The notes below the pieces were generated by a model, which worked only from the letters and a program-made list of their open reading frames with translations, did no database searches and was not told the origin of the DNA. Of a stretch of DNA of 64,000 nt, positions 37,101 to 48,400 are shown one piece after another; the stretch's first letter is position 1; each line of letters begins with the position of its first letter. This DNA comes from Bilabrum cf. latius (Eukaryota). The stretch lies in assembly GCA_965178125.1 (NCBI GenBank), contig OZ237747.1, forward strand, positions 62,001 to 126,000, read 5' to 3'. A program made the translations under genes and the position numbers.

Positions 37101-39146
37101 TTCAAGGAGGCGGGTCGTCTCTCGAACGAGATCAAGCAGCGGCAGGCGGCCATGGAGGGCTTCGCCGCGGACCTGGCGAGGCTCAGGGGGGAGGCCGACG
37201 AGGCGGAGGCCACGGTGAGACAGAGACAGACAGACGTGGACAAGGCCCGGGCGGCGCTGCTGCAGGCAGAGGAGCAGGCGGACCGGGAGGAGGTGGGTGA
37301 CCTGGTGCGGCAGGTGGGCAGTCTGCAGCAGGTGGGTGTGGCGATGCGGAGGGCCGCCCGCAGCGTCTCGGTGGAGGCTGGGCCCGGCAGGGACGCGCCC
37401 GCCTCTGCCCCAGCTGGCGCTGGAGAGGCCCCTGCCGAGGGCGAGGACCGCGCATGGGATCTCTTCAAGGCGGGCAAGGAGTACGACGAGGGGGCGGGCA
37501 GGGCGGCCAGCGCGCGGGCCGTGGCCGAGTCGTGGCCCTCGGAGCTGAGAGATGTCCCGGGGGAGCCATCCAGGGTGCTGGCGGCGGCGCAGGGCATGCT
37601 GGCCTGCGAGGTGGACATCGCGGCTAGCCTGGCGCGGGCCATCTGCGAGCAGCACGACTGGCCTCTGGAGCTGCCTGAGCCGGAGGAAGACTCGGACTCG
37701 GAGCCGGAACAGGGGGGTGAGGACGGGCAGCAACAGGCTGGTGGCGAGGGTGGGGTCTCTGCGGGTGTCGACGGGGAGGGGGAGCAAGAGGGGGGGGATG
37801 AGGAGGACGACCTGTTCGCAGGGACCACCGGGGCTGATGCTGAGGCTGATGCTGAGGCTGAGGCTGAGGCAGGAAATGCCGATGAGGGTGATTTGCTCGC
37901 AGGTGGTGGCAGCGCCGGCGCGAGTCCCGCTGGAGGGGAGGCCTCGGGCACGAGTGGCCAGGAGGATGGCCAAGGTGGTGCGGCCGAGGAAAACGACGGG
38001 GAGGAAGAGGAGAAGGGCCAAGCAGCGAGTCCTGACGACCTGGCATCCGCCGTGTCGAGAGGGGCGCGATCCTCGTGGCTGCAGACCTTCCTGTACCATG
38101 TGTCCGAGTCCGCGGGTGTGGCAGAGCAGTACGACGCAGCGGCGACGCTGGATGAGCAGTCGGAGCAGCATAAGAGCAAGGTGGCCGCAGCTGTGGACGT
38201 GGTTCGATCTGCGCTGGGCCCCACGGATGGGGCAGACAGCGAGTGGGCAGAGCAGCTGTTCGAGAGGTGCTCTACAGCAGGCAAGGCCGACGCGGAGGTG
38301 GTGGCAGCCGACTAGGAGGCGCTGCTGGGGCTGTGCAGGGGGGATGCACAGGACCCGGTCGAGAGGGTGGAGGGGGTGGCTGCGGTGCTAGAGGCGGACG
38401 AGGAAGGTCGCAAGCGGGCGCGGGAGCTCAGAGGGGTGGCAGTGCGGCGGTCGGCTCGGGAGGTCGCCTCCATGCGACGAGCGGCTAGCGAGCTGCAGAG
38501 AGACGCCGATGAGAGTGCTGCTGGGGATGACTTTGAGACTGCCGGGCGGCTGCAGGAGCAGCTGGATGGCATGATGTTGCCTCTTGACCGGGCCGTGGAG
38601 CGACTCGTGCAGGCTGGGGGAGTGGAGGGGGTGGCGCGCCGGGCCACGCAGTCGGAAGGAGACGATGTGAATACAGCGCGGCACCTCGTGGACGGAGACA
38701 TGGACTGGACGGACGACGCACAGGTGGATCAGTGGGTGGCTGCTGTGTGTGGTGAGGCTGCGGTCGAGGCTACTGCTGGTGCTGGTGCTGGGAGCGGGAA
38801 GGGTGATGCGGCAACCGGGAGTGGTGACAAAAAGGAGGAGGAGGAGGCAGAGGATGTGCCTGCCAAGGATGACAGCGGTGAGGCAGGTGCTGCAGAGGAG
38901 GAGGAGGCCGAGGATGTGCCTGCCAAGGATGACAGCGGTGAGGCAGGTGCTGCAGAGGAGGAGGAGGCAGAGGATGTGCCTGCCAAGGATGGCAGCGGTG
39001 AGGCAGGTGCTGCAGAGGAGGAGGAGGCCGAGGATGTGCCTGCCAAGGATGGCAGCGGCGAGGCAGGTGCTGCAGTGGGGCTAGGGTAGACAGCCAAGGA
39101 GGAAGATGACGATGACGACGACGATGACGACGGGCTGGCTGCTTGA
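34127..39146 (+). CDS. Large coiled-coil protein with UVR-like motifs and Gly/Pro-rich N-terminus (intron 34240-34348)
   Basis: MSFFSNLFGG start. GTGAGG...CTAAC...CCGCAG phase-2 intron. UVR-like motifs AVQSEDFEEADAL, AVKGRKFKEAGRL and AAGDDFETAGRLQ. Frame is continuous through TAGs, including TAG-TAG near 35850, to TGA 39144-39146. Confidence 0.7.
38835..39075 (+). repeat. 60-bp tandem repeat x4 (EEEEAEDVPAKD(D/G)SGEAGAA)
   Basis: Four near-identical units on consecutive lines, inside the CDS. Confidence 0.9.
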
Positions 39147-39361
39147 TCGGATACTCATCTGGAACCCACCAGCTGAGACCCAGGTTGGCTCCCCTGGTTG
39201 TCTCAGTGCTAGCGAGTCGATCGAGTTTGTTGCATCCTAGATGCTTATACATTTATGTCTTCGATAAATAGCAAGATGTCGCGTCAAACGCATGCTGATA
39301 CGTTCTCTACTCAAGTGCAGGTCCCATTCCAAGGCGCAACTACAATTTCCCGTGGGTCCAC

Positions 39362-40441
39362 TCAGCGCCCGCCCCCGCCTGCCACGTTCTGCGGCAGCTC
39401 CTTGCCGTACCCCGACCTGAACACCTTCCCAGTGGGCGCTCCTCCATCCTTCCTGGGCTGCCTGGGCTTGGCCTTCTCTGCATGCAGCTTGCAGTAGCCC
39501 CAGACGAACCCGTCCACCGCCTCGATGGCCCGAGGCACCTCGTGCGGTGAGTACAGCATCACCATGCCGAACCTTCGGCTGCGGTTCGTTCGGCGATCCC
39601 TGAACACCTTGGCAAACCTCACGCTGAAACCGAACCCCTCCAGCAGCGCCCTTAGCTCGTCATCGCCCACGCTCTCCTCGAAGTCGCTGACCTTGACCTT
39701 GCACGCAGCCTCGGGGTCCAGCGCGGCTGCACCCGTGCGCGCCACGGTGGGGGGCACGTACGCGCCCGACTTGCCCGCCATCATTTCCTTGAACTTGTCT
39801 GCGAATGGGTTGCCCGCCTTGCCCGCCATGGGGCCACCTCCGCCTGACGTCTTGAGGCCCTGGCGCAGCATGGCCACCATGCCCTCTGCATCCGCGTCTC
39901 CGTCCTCCTCCTCTGGGTCTTCCACACGAGGCTAGTCACCGGTAGTTGAACCCTTATTTACATTGATTCGGACTACTGTCTTGCCTGCCTTAAACTCGTC
40001 GTCTACTGCCTTGGCCTTGCCAAACTTTGCCCATGACTGCGAAAAAACAGAGTAGGGTAGACTGCAATGCAACACGGCGTCATGAAACGATATTTAAACC
40101 AAACTATGGTGTGGAATCCTTGCTGCCTACTCGGCGGTTCGCCCCCACTAGACAGAGCCATCTCTAAACATAGCAGGAAGCACAGTTCCTGATCGTGAAC
40201 GTCGCTATGCGCGCTGCCTCACCTTTCGCGCCTCCGTCAGCGGACTAGACCTCGTTCTAAATACTCGCTGGCGGTACGTGTACCGCCTCCTCGCAACTTT
40301 GCCGTCTGCTCTTCTTACGAGCTCTACCCTTTCACGGATTCCTTCGGAGATGTCCGGTCTGGGCTCATCTCGAATTACTTTCAGAATTTCCACTGCTCGA
40401 TCCCTATCTTCATCGGTACTAATATCCATTCCTTTTGCCAT
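39362..40441 (-). CDS. EIF3G: Translation initiation factor eIF3 subunit g-like (intron 40222-40037)
   Basis: ARK|SWAKFGKA, GAYVPP, and a C-terminal RRM (VKVSDF...DRRTNRSRRFGMV...AIEAVDGFVWGYCKLHAEKAKPR). One in-frame TAG at 39932. Ends at TGA. Confidence 0.75.
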
Positions 40442-40650
40442 TGTTGTATACGTGCTGGATAGTGAGGGCAATCAGAAAGGGTTTGCTGGTTCCTCTTTAT
40501 TCGAATTTTACATTTAAAGTGCACTGCTTAATGCCTTAATTTACGAAACCGGCCACTTTAGCCCTGGTAGTCTCGATCATGGCCGGTAGTCGCAGTTACA
40601 ATTCATCTGTAGCGTCCATTTGCTAGCGGTTCGCAGCACGAGCAGGCAGA

Positions 40651-42531
40651 ATGGTGTGCGGCCGAAGCTCCCAGGTCCGGAACTCGCCATGGCAGCGCCG
40701 AATGAGGCAGATGCAGCAGCAATTTGGGAGCACAGGCTTCGGAAATATTATTGCAGTTGCCATTAGTACTGGGGCAGATGCATCGAGCATGCTTCTGGGT
40801 CCAATTCTAGTTTGTGTAGCTGTGGGACTGATTGGATACTTGGTGTGGCTCTCTTTCGCCATCGTTGCTCCGATGCAAATGGAGACCTTTTCACTTCAGT
40901 GGTGGATGACATTCTGTGTTGGAATGTGGATTTTGTGTAACTTGACCTTCCACTACTTTATGTGCGTGATTACCGACCCAGGATCGCCTCCCGCCAGGCT
41001 CAGTCCCTGGCTCCAAGGCAAGTTGCAAACAGACGTCTTGCGACATCGTGATGTAGCGGTAGGTGGATTCTTCTCGTAGACTGCTTTGCAACATCAGTCT
41101 TCACCACAAGCACGGAGTCTCGGGGCGCCCTCCTCTACACCTGGCTACCCACCCGTGCAGCAGGCGCTGCAGGTGTAGGTGCCACTCGCTGGGACTGGGC
41201 GGGCCTCGGCGCCGCAGCCCAACTGTGTGAGACCACCAGAGGCCATGGGCCCAGTACAGAAGGAGGCAGCGCTAGTGCAAGCCATGGATGCTGCGGTCGC
41301 AGGCTCACAGGGTGGTTCCACCAGCTCTGCCTCCACCGCGGCTCCGACCGCCGCCGTGAGCAGCACCCGCAGCACTGCCGCGGCCCCTCGCGCGGGGCCG
41401 GACCCCAATGCCCCATTCGGGTGGTGCGCCGTGTGCCAGCAGGTGAAGCCCCCTCGGGCACACCACTGCATGGTGACGAACCGCTGCGTGCTGAGGATGG
41501 ACCACTTCTGCCCTTGGACCAACCAGACGATCGGGTTCCTGAATTACAAGCACTTCTTCATGTTCCTCGTTTGCATGTCGATGGGCGCGCTCTTCATCGC
41601 GCTCTTCTCGCTCAGGCCCTTCCTGCGCGTCAATTTCGAGGAGGACCGGGCGGTGAGGAGGCGCATCCCGGGCCGCAGCGGCATCATGCTCATGTTCTGC
41701 CTGGCCTGCGCGGTGGGGCTGGCGGTGACCGGCATGGCCGTCTGGCACGGGTTCTTGATAGGCACGAACTGCACCACGATTGAGTTCTATTAGAACTCGT
41801 CGCGCCGGAGATAGGCTCTCTTGCGGGGCGGGCAGTACAAGAACCCGTACGACCTCGGCAGCCTAGACGCGAACTGGGAGCAGGTCCTGGGGCACCCGCT
41901 CACCTCGCTCCGGTGGCTGCTGCCCAGCTGGTAGCCCCCGCACGGCAACGGGATGGAGTGGCGCACGCGGGCCCTGGGCACCACCTCGGGGTTCCAGGAG
42001 CCCGATGAGACGCCTGGACTGGTGCCGGCGATGCAGGGGTGGGGCACGTTCTTCAGCGAGGAGGGGGACAGCGGGGACGATGACGATGACGATGGGAGGG
42101 TCTCGGGCGGTGCGGCTGTGCATTACGATGATCCCGCCGATCTTGAGGGTGGTAAGGGCGGGCGAGGCGCGGGCAGGGGCAGCTAGTCCAAGGGAGGCGC
42201 GGGGCTGGTGGACAAGGAGGGAGCCCCTCGGGGGCTGGGGCAGTGGCTCGGGGGGGTGCCCCTCGCTGCTGCCGTGCCAGTGCCAGTGCCAGTGGGAGCT
42301 GGCCAAGATGGAGGAGGGCCGGCAGGAGGCACCGGGCAACCGCTGCCCCGCCCTCCTTCTCCTCCGTTGCCTGCGGCAGAGAGTAAGTCGGCTGGAGAGG
42401 ATGCCCCAGAGATGCAGGCCGCCCGCGGGGGGCTGCACAACGGTGCCGGCATGCACCGCAGTGGAGCGGGGCTGGCGAGCCGGCCCATCGCGAAAGTGCT
42501 CGACAGGAGCAGGGGTCAGATGATATTATGA
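40651..42531 (+). CDS. DHHC palmitoyl acyltransferase (~626 aa)
   Basis: TDPG, CAVCQQVKPPRAHHCMVTNRCVLRMDHFCPW (DHFC variant), TTIEFY*N, NPYDLG..NWEQVLG..WLLPSW*PPHGNG. In-frame TAGs at 41077, 41176, 41791, 41812, 41932 and 42184. Ends at TGA. Confidence 0.9.
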
Positions 42532-42785
42532 GTGCAACAGCTCTGTGATAAACTTCAGTCTGTGTCGTAGAGTCGCTCGCTACAGAACAAAACTTCATTG
42601 CATCCATTGGGATGCATGCAGTCCCCATTCGCAGCCATGGGATCCTCACATCACGGCTGGCATCGCAACCAAAATAGATGCGAGGCCTTCCATCATGTGA
42701 ATCGACCCGTCCGGAGTTGGAATCGACACGAGGACCAGGTCTACAGAGCTGCTACCAGCTAGCTCACCGACCACAAGCTCGTCGC

Positions 42786-44981
42786 TCACCAATCGTTGGC
42801 AACCTTGCGTTCCGAGCTCGGGGGAGCAGCCCCTTCGCTGCTACTGCCCGCAGCGACCGGCACTCCGCCCTCGCACCTGGAGTGCTCGTCATCGTCGCAT
42901 CTCTCCTCATCTTCACGCTGCTGCTCCTTGCTCTCGGGGGCCTGCCGCCTGGAGTTGCCGGCGTGCTCGAACTGAATGGACTTGTCGGCTGATCCCGGTG
43001 CGTAGAATTGCCTGTACCAGCGGCGGAGGCGCATCATGGGCCCATCCCCCTTGACCAGCAGCGGCCGATTGGCGAGGATTTTATTCTCCCAAATGTCCAG
43101 ATCGTTCGCCCACTGGGAGATCCAGTTGCCCACCACGTAGTGCGCCAGCACATCCGGGACCCTCGGGTCCGCGAAATACCTGAACTCCGTCTTGAGCTCC
43201 ATCAGCGAGACGGGGGTGTGCGTCTGGAACATGACCACCTCGCCCAGAGTGGGCAGCTCGATCGTGAAAAACACCAGGCCACCCGGGCCCACAAACGTGA
43301 TGTCAGCATCCGCGTCCGTGCCCGGGATGGCCTTGTTGAGGAACTGCGGCTGCGCGTGGTCCAGGAAGTGCGAGATGTGCGCGCCCTCTTCCTCCGTGCC
43401 CTCCTTCCAGTCGGCCGTGTGGTCGATCGTCAGCCCGGGAAGGGGGACGTTCGTCCACGGGATGGTCATGTCGCGGTGCACGGCGGGGAAATGAGCAATG
43501 TCGGCAGCGTTCTCGGCGAACTCCTGCATGTGCATCATGACGGGGCGAGCGTCGTGCGCCCCCCTGTACGTGTATCCCCCGTCAGAGACGCCTCTCACCC
43601 GCGGGGGCTCGTACGGCGGCGTGAAGGCCTCCCACTCGCGGCCTGCCTTGCTCTTGTTCTTGCCCTTGCCATTCATGTCCTGGGCGGGAACTGCCCTGGG
43701 GGCCTCCCCTCGCTTGGCCCTCTCCGCCTCCTCGTGATCGTAGAAGAAAAGCACCATCCCGTAGCACTCCCGCACTGGCCACTTGCGCGCGCGGGCCGTG
43801 GGCGGCACGCTGTTCGAGTAGGGCACATTGGCCACCTTGCCCTTGCCGTCGAACTCCCAGTGGTGGAAGGGGCACTTGAGATGGTCCCCGCACACCTCGC
43901 CCCCCACGGCCATGTTGGCCCCCAGGTGGGGACAGAACGCGTCCAGCACGGTCACGCGGCCCGACTCCTCCCCGCGGAAGGCGGCCAGCGTGAGACCGAG
44001 CACCTTGAACTCCTTCACCTCGCCCCGCTTGAGCTGCGTGGAGTCGCACAGCTTGTACCAGCTGTTGGGGAACAGGTTGGGGTAGTGCTTCAGCCGGCGG
44101 GCCCGCTGCTCCAGCTGCAGGGGGTCGCTGCGCTTGCGGGTGACTTCCAGCTCCGAGTCCAGGCGGGCGGCGCGGGACCTCTCCTTCAAGAAGAGCATGA
44201 GGGCCAGGGCGGCGAGCGCGAGGCCGGGCAGCTGCTGGGACCACCCCCAGCCTTCGACGGGCAGCACCTCGAGTCCGGCAGCGCGCAGTCCGGCGAGGCA
44301 CAGGGAAAGGGGCCCGGCCCGCACCAGGGCCTCTGCGGCGCTGTCCGCGGCCAGCTGAGGGGCGAATCCGATGATCAGGTCGGCGGTCCCGGCCCACGCG
44401 ATCTGTGCGGCGGCAGGCACCGCCATGTAGGCGGCAGCGGCGAGCGCGCTGATGGCGAACCCTGCGGCTGCCACGTACACGATGCCGCAGAGGAGGGCGA
44501 GCAGGAGACGTACGTTCGTGCAGCCAGTGGCGGGGGCACTGGCTGTACTGGAGTCGCTGTCAGAGTCGGTGCTCGCCGGTGCAGGGGAGGGCGAGCGGGC
44601 TGCTTGGCTCTGGTCGGCGGCTGCCGAGTCGCCGGGGGTGCTCGCCTGCCTCGAGGCGGCGACGCCATGCTGCTCCCGCCCGTCCTGCTCCATCATGCCC
44701 CAAATGAATGCCACCCCGAAGAAGCAGAGCAGGTATACCAGGCAGATTGATGCGACCAGCACGCGGACCGGGTAGGCGAGCAAGCCGAGGCCGTGGTACA
44801 CTCCAGCGATAATCTGAATCGACAGAGTGAAGAACAGGATCGAGGTGAGGTAATTCAAGATGAGCATGCCAACGCTCATAAGCCGGGTGCCGCCTTGCGA
44901 GCTCTTCCTCTTGCTGCTGCTTTTCCCTGCAGAGAGCATCGCGGCTACGCTCCCTGTGGCATCCTTCCGTAATCCAAACAT
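42786..44981 (-). CDS. Rieske-type sterol C7-desaturase (Neverland/DAF-36-like) with multi-TM N-terminus; 5' end uncertain (may extend to ~45241)
   Basis: FPNSWY, Rieske ligands CPHLG...CPFHHW, mononuclear-iron motif ENAADIAHFPAVH, and DLDIWENK...LVKGDGPMMRLRRWYRQFY. Ends at TGA. Confidence 0.85.
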   Translation of the reverse strand: MFGLRKDATGSVAAMLSAGKSSSKRKSSQGGTRLMSVGMLILNYLTSILFFTLSIQIIAGVYHGLGLLAYPVRVLVASICLVYLLCFFGVAFIWGMMEQDGREQHGVAASRQASTPGDSAAADQSQAARSPSPAPASTDSDSDSSTASAPATGCTNVRLLLALLCGIVYVAAAGFAISALAAAAYMAVPAAAQIAWAGTADLIIGFAPQLAADSAAEALVRAGPLSLCLAGLRAAGLEVLPVEGWGWSQQLPGLALAALALMLFLKERSRAARLDSELEVTRKRSDPLQLEQRARRLKHYPNLFPNSWYKLCDSTQLKRGEVKEFKVLGLTLAAFRGEESGRVTVLDAFCPHLGANMAVGGEVCGDHLKCPFHHWEFDGKGKVANVPYSNSVPPTARARKWPVRECYGMVLFFYDHEEAERAKRGEAPRAVPAQDMNGKGKNKSKAGREWEAFTPPYEPPRVRGVSDGGYTYRGAHDARPVMMHMQEFAENAADIAHFPAVHRDMTIPWTNVPLPGLTIDHTADWKEGTEEEGAHISHFLDHAQPQFLNKAIPGTDADADITFVGPGGLVFFTIELPTLGEVVMFQTHTPVSLMELKTEFRYFADPRVPDVLAHYVVGNWISQWANDLDIWENKILANRPLLVKGDGPMMRLRRWYRQFYAPGSADKSIQFEHAGNSRRQAPESKEQQREDEERCDDDEHSRCEGGVPVAAGSSSEGAAPPSSERKVANDW

Positions 44982-45437
44982 GTCGGAGACGGCATCAGAA
45001 TCCAGGTAGACCGCAACCGAGAGCAAGGTTCCAGCCAATGCGCCAAAAAGACTCAACGACTGCGACAATCGGAGCAAGAAAGGCGTAGATATGCCACAAA
45101 TGGCTCCTAAACCAATACGGCACAACGATGTACGGCGATCCCCTGCACAAAAGGCAATCAAATGCTTTAAAACCACAATTTTCGAGCAATTACAGGGAAA
45201 CTTACAATGACAGAATCTACTGCTATATCTAGGCCCGCCATGGAGACCTGTATTAGTCAAAATTCTGCCATGATACGGAAAGGATGTGGACTCTGCTCTA
45301 AGTATTCGTTACAATGGATATGTCTGCATTTTGGGTGACGGCTTCATTCCACGGCTGTTTAAGCACCAACTTTCGCTTTTGTGGCGCATGGTTGCAAGCA
45401 TTTGTCTTCAGGAATCCATTTGAACCAGTCTGGATCC

Positions 45438-48400
45438 ATGACGTTTTGCCGCTGGAGTCGTTTGGCAGCACTTCTGGTACTGGCGACTCAGCAGCTCGCG
45501 GGTGTAGTGCGTGGTGCTGAAAGCACGCTTGGAGCGAATGGGTGGGGCAAAATTCCGAGCTCAAGGACACCGCCGTCTCCGCGATTCTACCATGTTGTAG
45601 AGTTCGATGCCGATGAAAACCGCCTTGTGCTGTGGTCTGGCATTGAAGAGGACCACAGCTTCGTTGACGATTTGTACCAGTACTCATTCGACACAAGAGA
45701 ATATGAGCAGCTACCGGTGCTGAGCCATGATAATCCACTCGGTAGGCAGTCTTGCGCCTCTGGCCTTGTGGACCGGAAGCTGTTCATCTGGGGCGGCCGC
45801 ACCGCCCGGTCGTTGGCCTCGGACGGATGGGTGTACGATATGCAGCAGCTCCGCTGGGATCCGTGGGTGACGTCCAACACACCATCTGCAAGGCACAGAG
45901 TCTCTCATACGGTGTTTTATGACGCGCAAGACGTCACGAGGCCGTTCCTAGCGGTGTTCGGCGGCGACGAGTTTGCCGTAGAGCGAGGCTCGGACATGCA
46001 CATCATCCCACTGAGCACAGACCCGAGCGAGGCCGTGTGGGTGGAACTGCCGCAAGCGGGCGGCATCAAGCCGGACGGGCGAAGCACCGGCTGTCTCGCG
46101 CCCATGTACCACGCGCCCATCGCCGTGCCGACTGGCACAGCGACCGATCCAGGGGCATGGACGGGGGCCGCGGGCAATCCAGCGGGTGCGCCTCGGGATG
46201 CTCGGCAGACCTACCTGTATCTGATGGGTGGGCTGTTCACGGACAACGACGCCTCCCACGCGGACGTGTGGCGGTATGACCTGTCCAACGGGTATTGGAC
46301 GGAGATCTCTGGCTCGGTGGAGAGCAATAGCGCCTCCCTGGTGTCGGCCTCCTCAGGGGCCTCTTTCAGCCCCACGCAGAGGTACCTGTCCCAGTGCATG
46401 GCGGACCCAAGCAGGGGGGCCATCTACCAGCAGTGGGGATACAGCTGGGAGGTGTTTGCAGACAACACTGACGTGCTCATGCTCGACCTGGAAGACCCAG
46501 CCTCGCCGAGGCAGTACGTGGCTGACGTCACCAGGGAACAGGGAGACACCACCAGCCCGAGGGCGCGCAACTCGGCAGGGTGGGCCGCCCTCGTACCACC
46601 GGCCAGCGACCCGGCATGGCCGGCCGTGGCCACTGGCCCGCGCGGGGCGCACCACCCGGACGCGCCTCCCTCGTGCGGCATGGCCGTCAGCGGGGGCTTC
46701 GTCTCCGACTCGGACGTGGTCATCACGAACGACCTGCTCGTCACGCAGCCGGGAGAAGCCCTCGAGGCCATGCGGGCCGCGGCGGCCGCGAACCCCGGGC
46801 AGGCCGTGACTGTGGCCGAGCTGCCCATGTGGACGGAGGCGCCCTACTTCCTGGCGCCGAGGCCGCGCTGGGGACACAGCACCTCCGTGGTGAACGGACA
46901 CATGCTCGTGCTCTTCGGGGACGTGAGCGGGGCCGACGGGGAGGTGCAGTCGGCCGATGACGCGTGGTCGCTGGACCTGGTGCTGAATGCCGCCATGCTG
47001 GACTCGGGGAGCGCCGAGGTGGACGAGGACATCGGGAGGGCCGCCCGGACCTCTGTGTGCAGTGTGCAGCCGGCACGAAGGCGGAGGGGCCTGCAGGCAG
47101 CCCCTGGCGATGATGGCGCGGGGGGCACGGCACGCGCCTGCGAGGCCGCCCGGCTGCGGGACCGCAAGCCCAGGATGGAGGACCTATCTGAGGAAGCTAG
47201 AGGCAGGGCGGCTAGGAGGCTGCAGCAGTACAGAGCCATGCGCATCCGACAGGGGGCAGGGGTGGGGCAGGCGTACAGCCGGGCGCTGGCCAGCACGCTG
47301 GGGGGTGAGAGCGGGAAGAGGAGGAGGAGGAGCAGGAGGATGCTGCAGGAGGCGCATGGGCACAGCACCGGGCTGGAGGACTCCAGCTCCTCGGGACCCC
47401 GCGCGCTGCAGGGCAGCGGAGTGCTCTCTGCGGGGTACGGTCTAGAGGTGTCCATGTCGTTCCTGCCTGTGGTGGCGGAGGGCAGGGTCCCGGATGCGAG
47501 GTCGCATGCGGTGGTGGTAGCCATGGGCAACCTTGTGTACGCTTTCGGGGGACTGGCTGCGTCCTCGGGGACCGCCTACAACGACTTGTGGGTGCTGGAT
47601 CCGAGGGACTCAGTGGACACGTTCGGAAGCATGCAGCTGCTGGCCAACTTCACCGAGAAGTCCCCACGGTGGTCCCAGATCGAGCCCAACAACGCTGCCA
47701 ACTCGGTGCCCACCCCGGTGTACGGCGGGTGCGGCGCGGCCAGCGACACCAAGCTGTGGGTGTTCGGGGGTCGGGCCGGCGTTGGCTTTCTTCAGAACGA
47801 CGTGTGGTCCTTCTCTCTGGATAGCATGGAGTGGAGGCATGAGTGGTCGGCTAGCTCCATGCAGACCGCCGCGGAGAGGATAGCCGCGATCGACGTGCAG
47901 CTGGGAGTCACTGGAGGCACGGCCTTCCCCACGGCGCAGCAGGAGTGCGCGCTGTCCTTCGCTCCAAGTGGGGGCACCGGGGCCACCTCGGACGTGGGCT
48001 ACGTGGCCCTGTGGATGGCGGAGGAGTTTGCGGAGACGCCGTCCGGATCGCTGTGGCTCTTCTCCACGGCGAGCAAATCGTGGCAGCTGCTATTCGAGCA
48101 CTTCGCGAGCCGCAGCCGCTTCTCGCACATCGCCACACCGAGCGGGCGGAGCCTGGTGACCATTGGTGGGTGGCAGTACGGCGAGTACCTGCAGGACGAG
48201 GCGCTGGCGCTGCTCATGCTGGACGCAGATGGCGGCGTCTCCACCGGGGGCTCGCCCTCGGGGGCCTGCGTGGCCAAGGTGAGCGACATCGGTGGGGCGG
48301 GCGAGGCCGACCTTGTGATCGACGGGAGCCTGGCGCCGTTTCTCGAGCTGGCCTGGGCCTTCGGGGGCAGGCTGCGCAAGAACGAGAGGACCATCAACGT

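Noticed and set aside
35652-38284. Long minus-strand ORFs (839 aa and 537 aa) and similar shadow ORFs such as 43008..44750 and 61358..63223
   Set aside because: They are antisense or alternative-frame shadows of GC-rich real genes and show no recognisable motifs.
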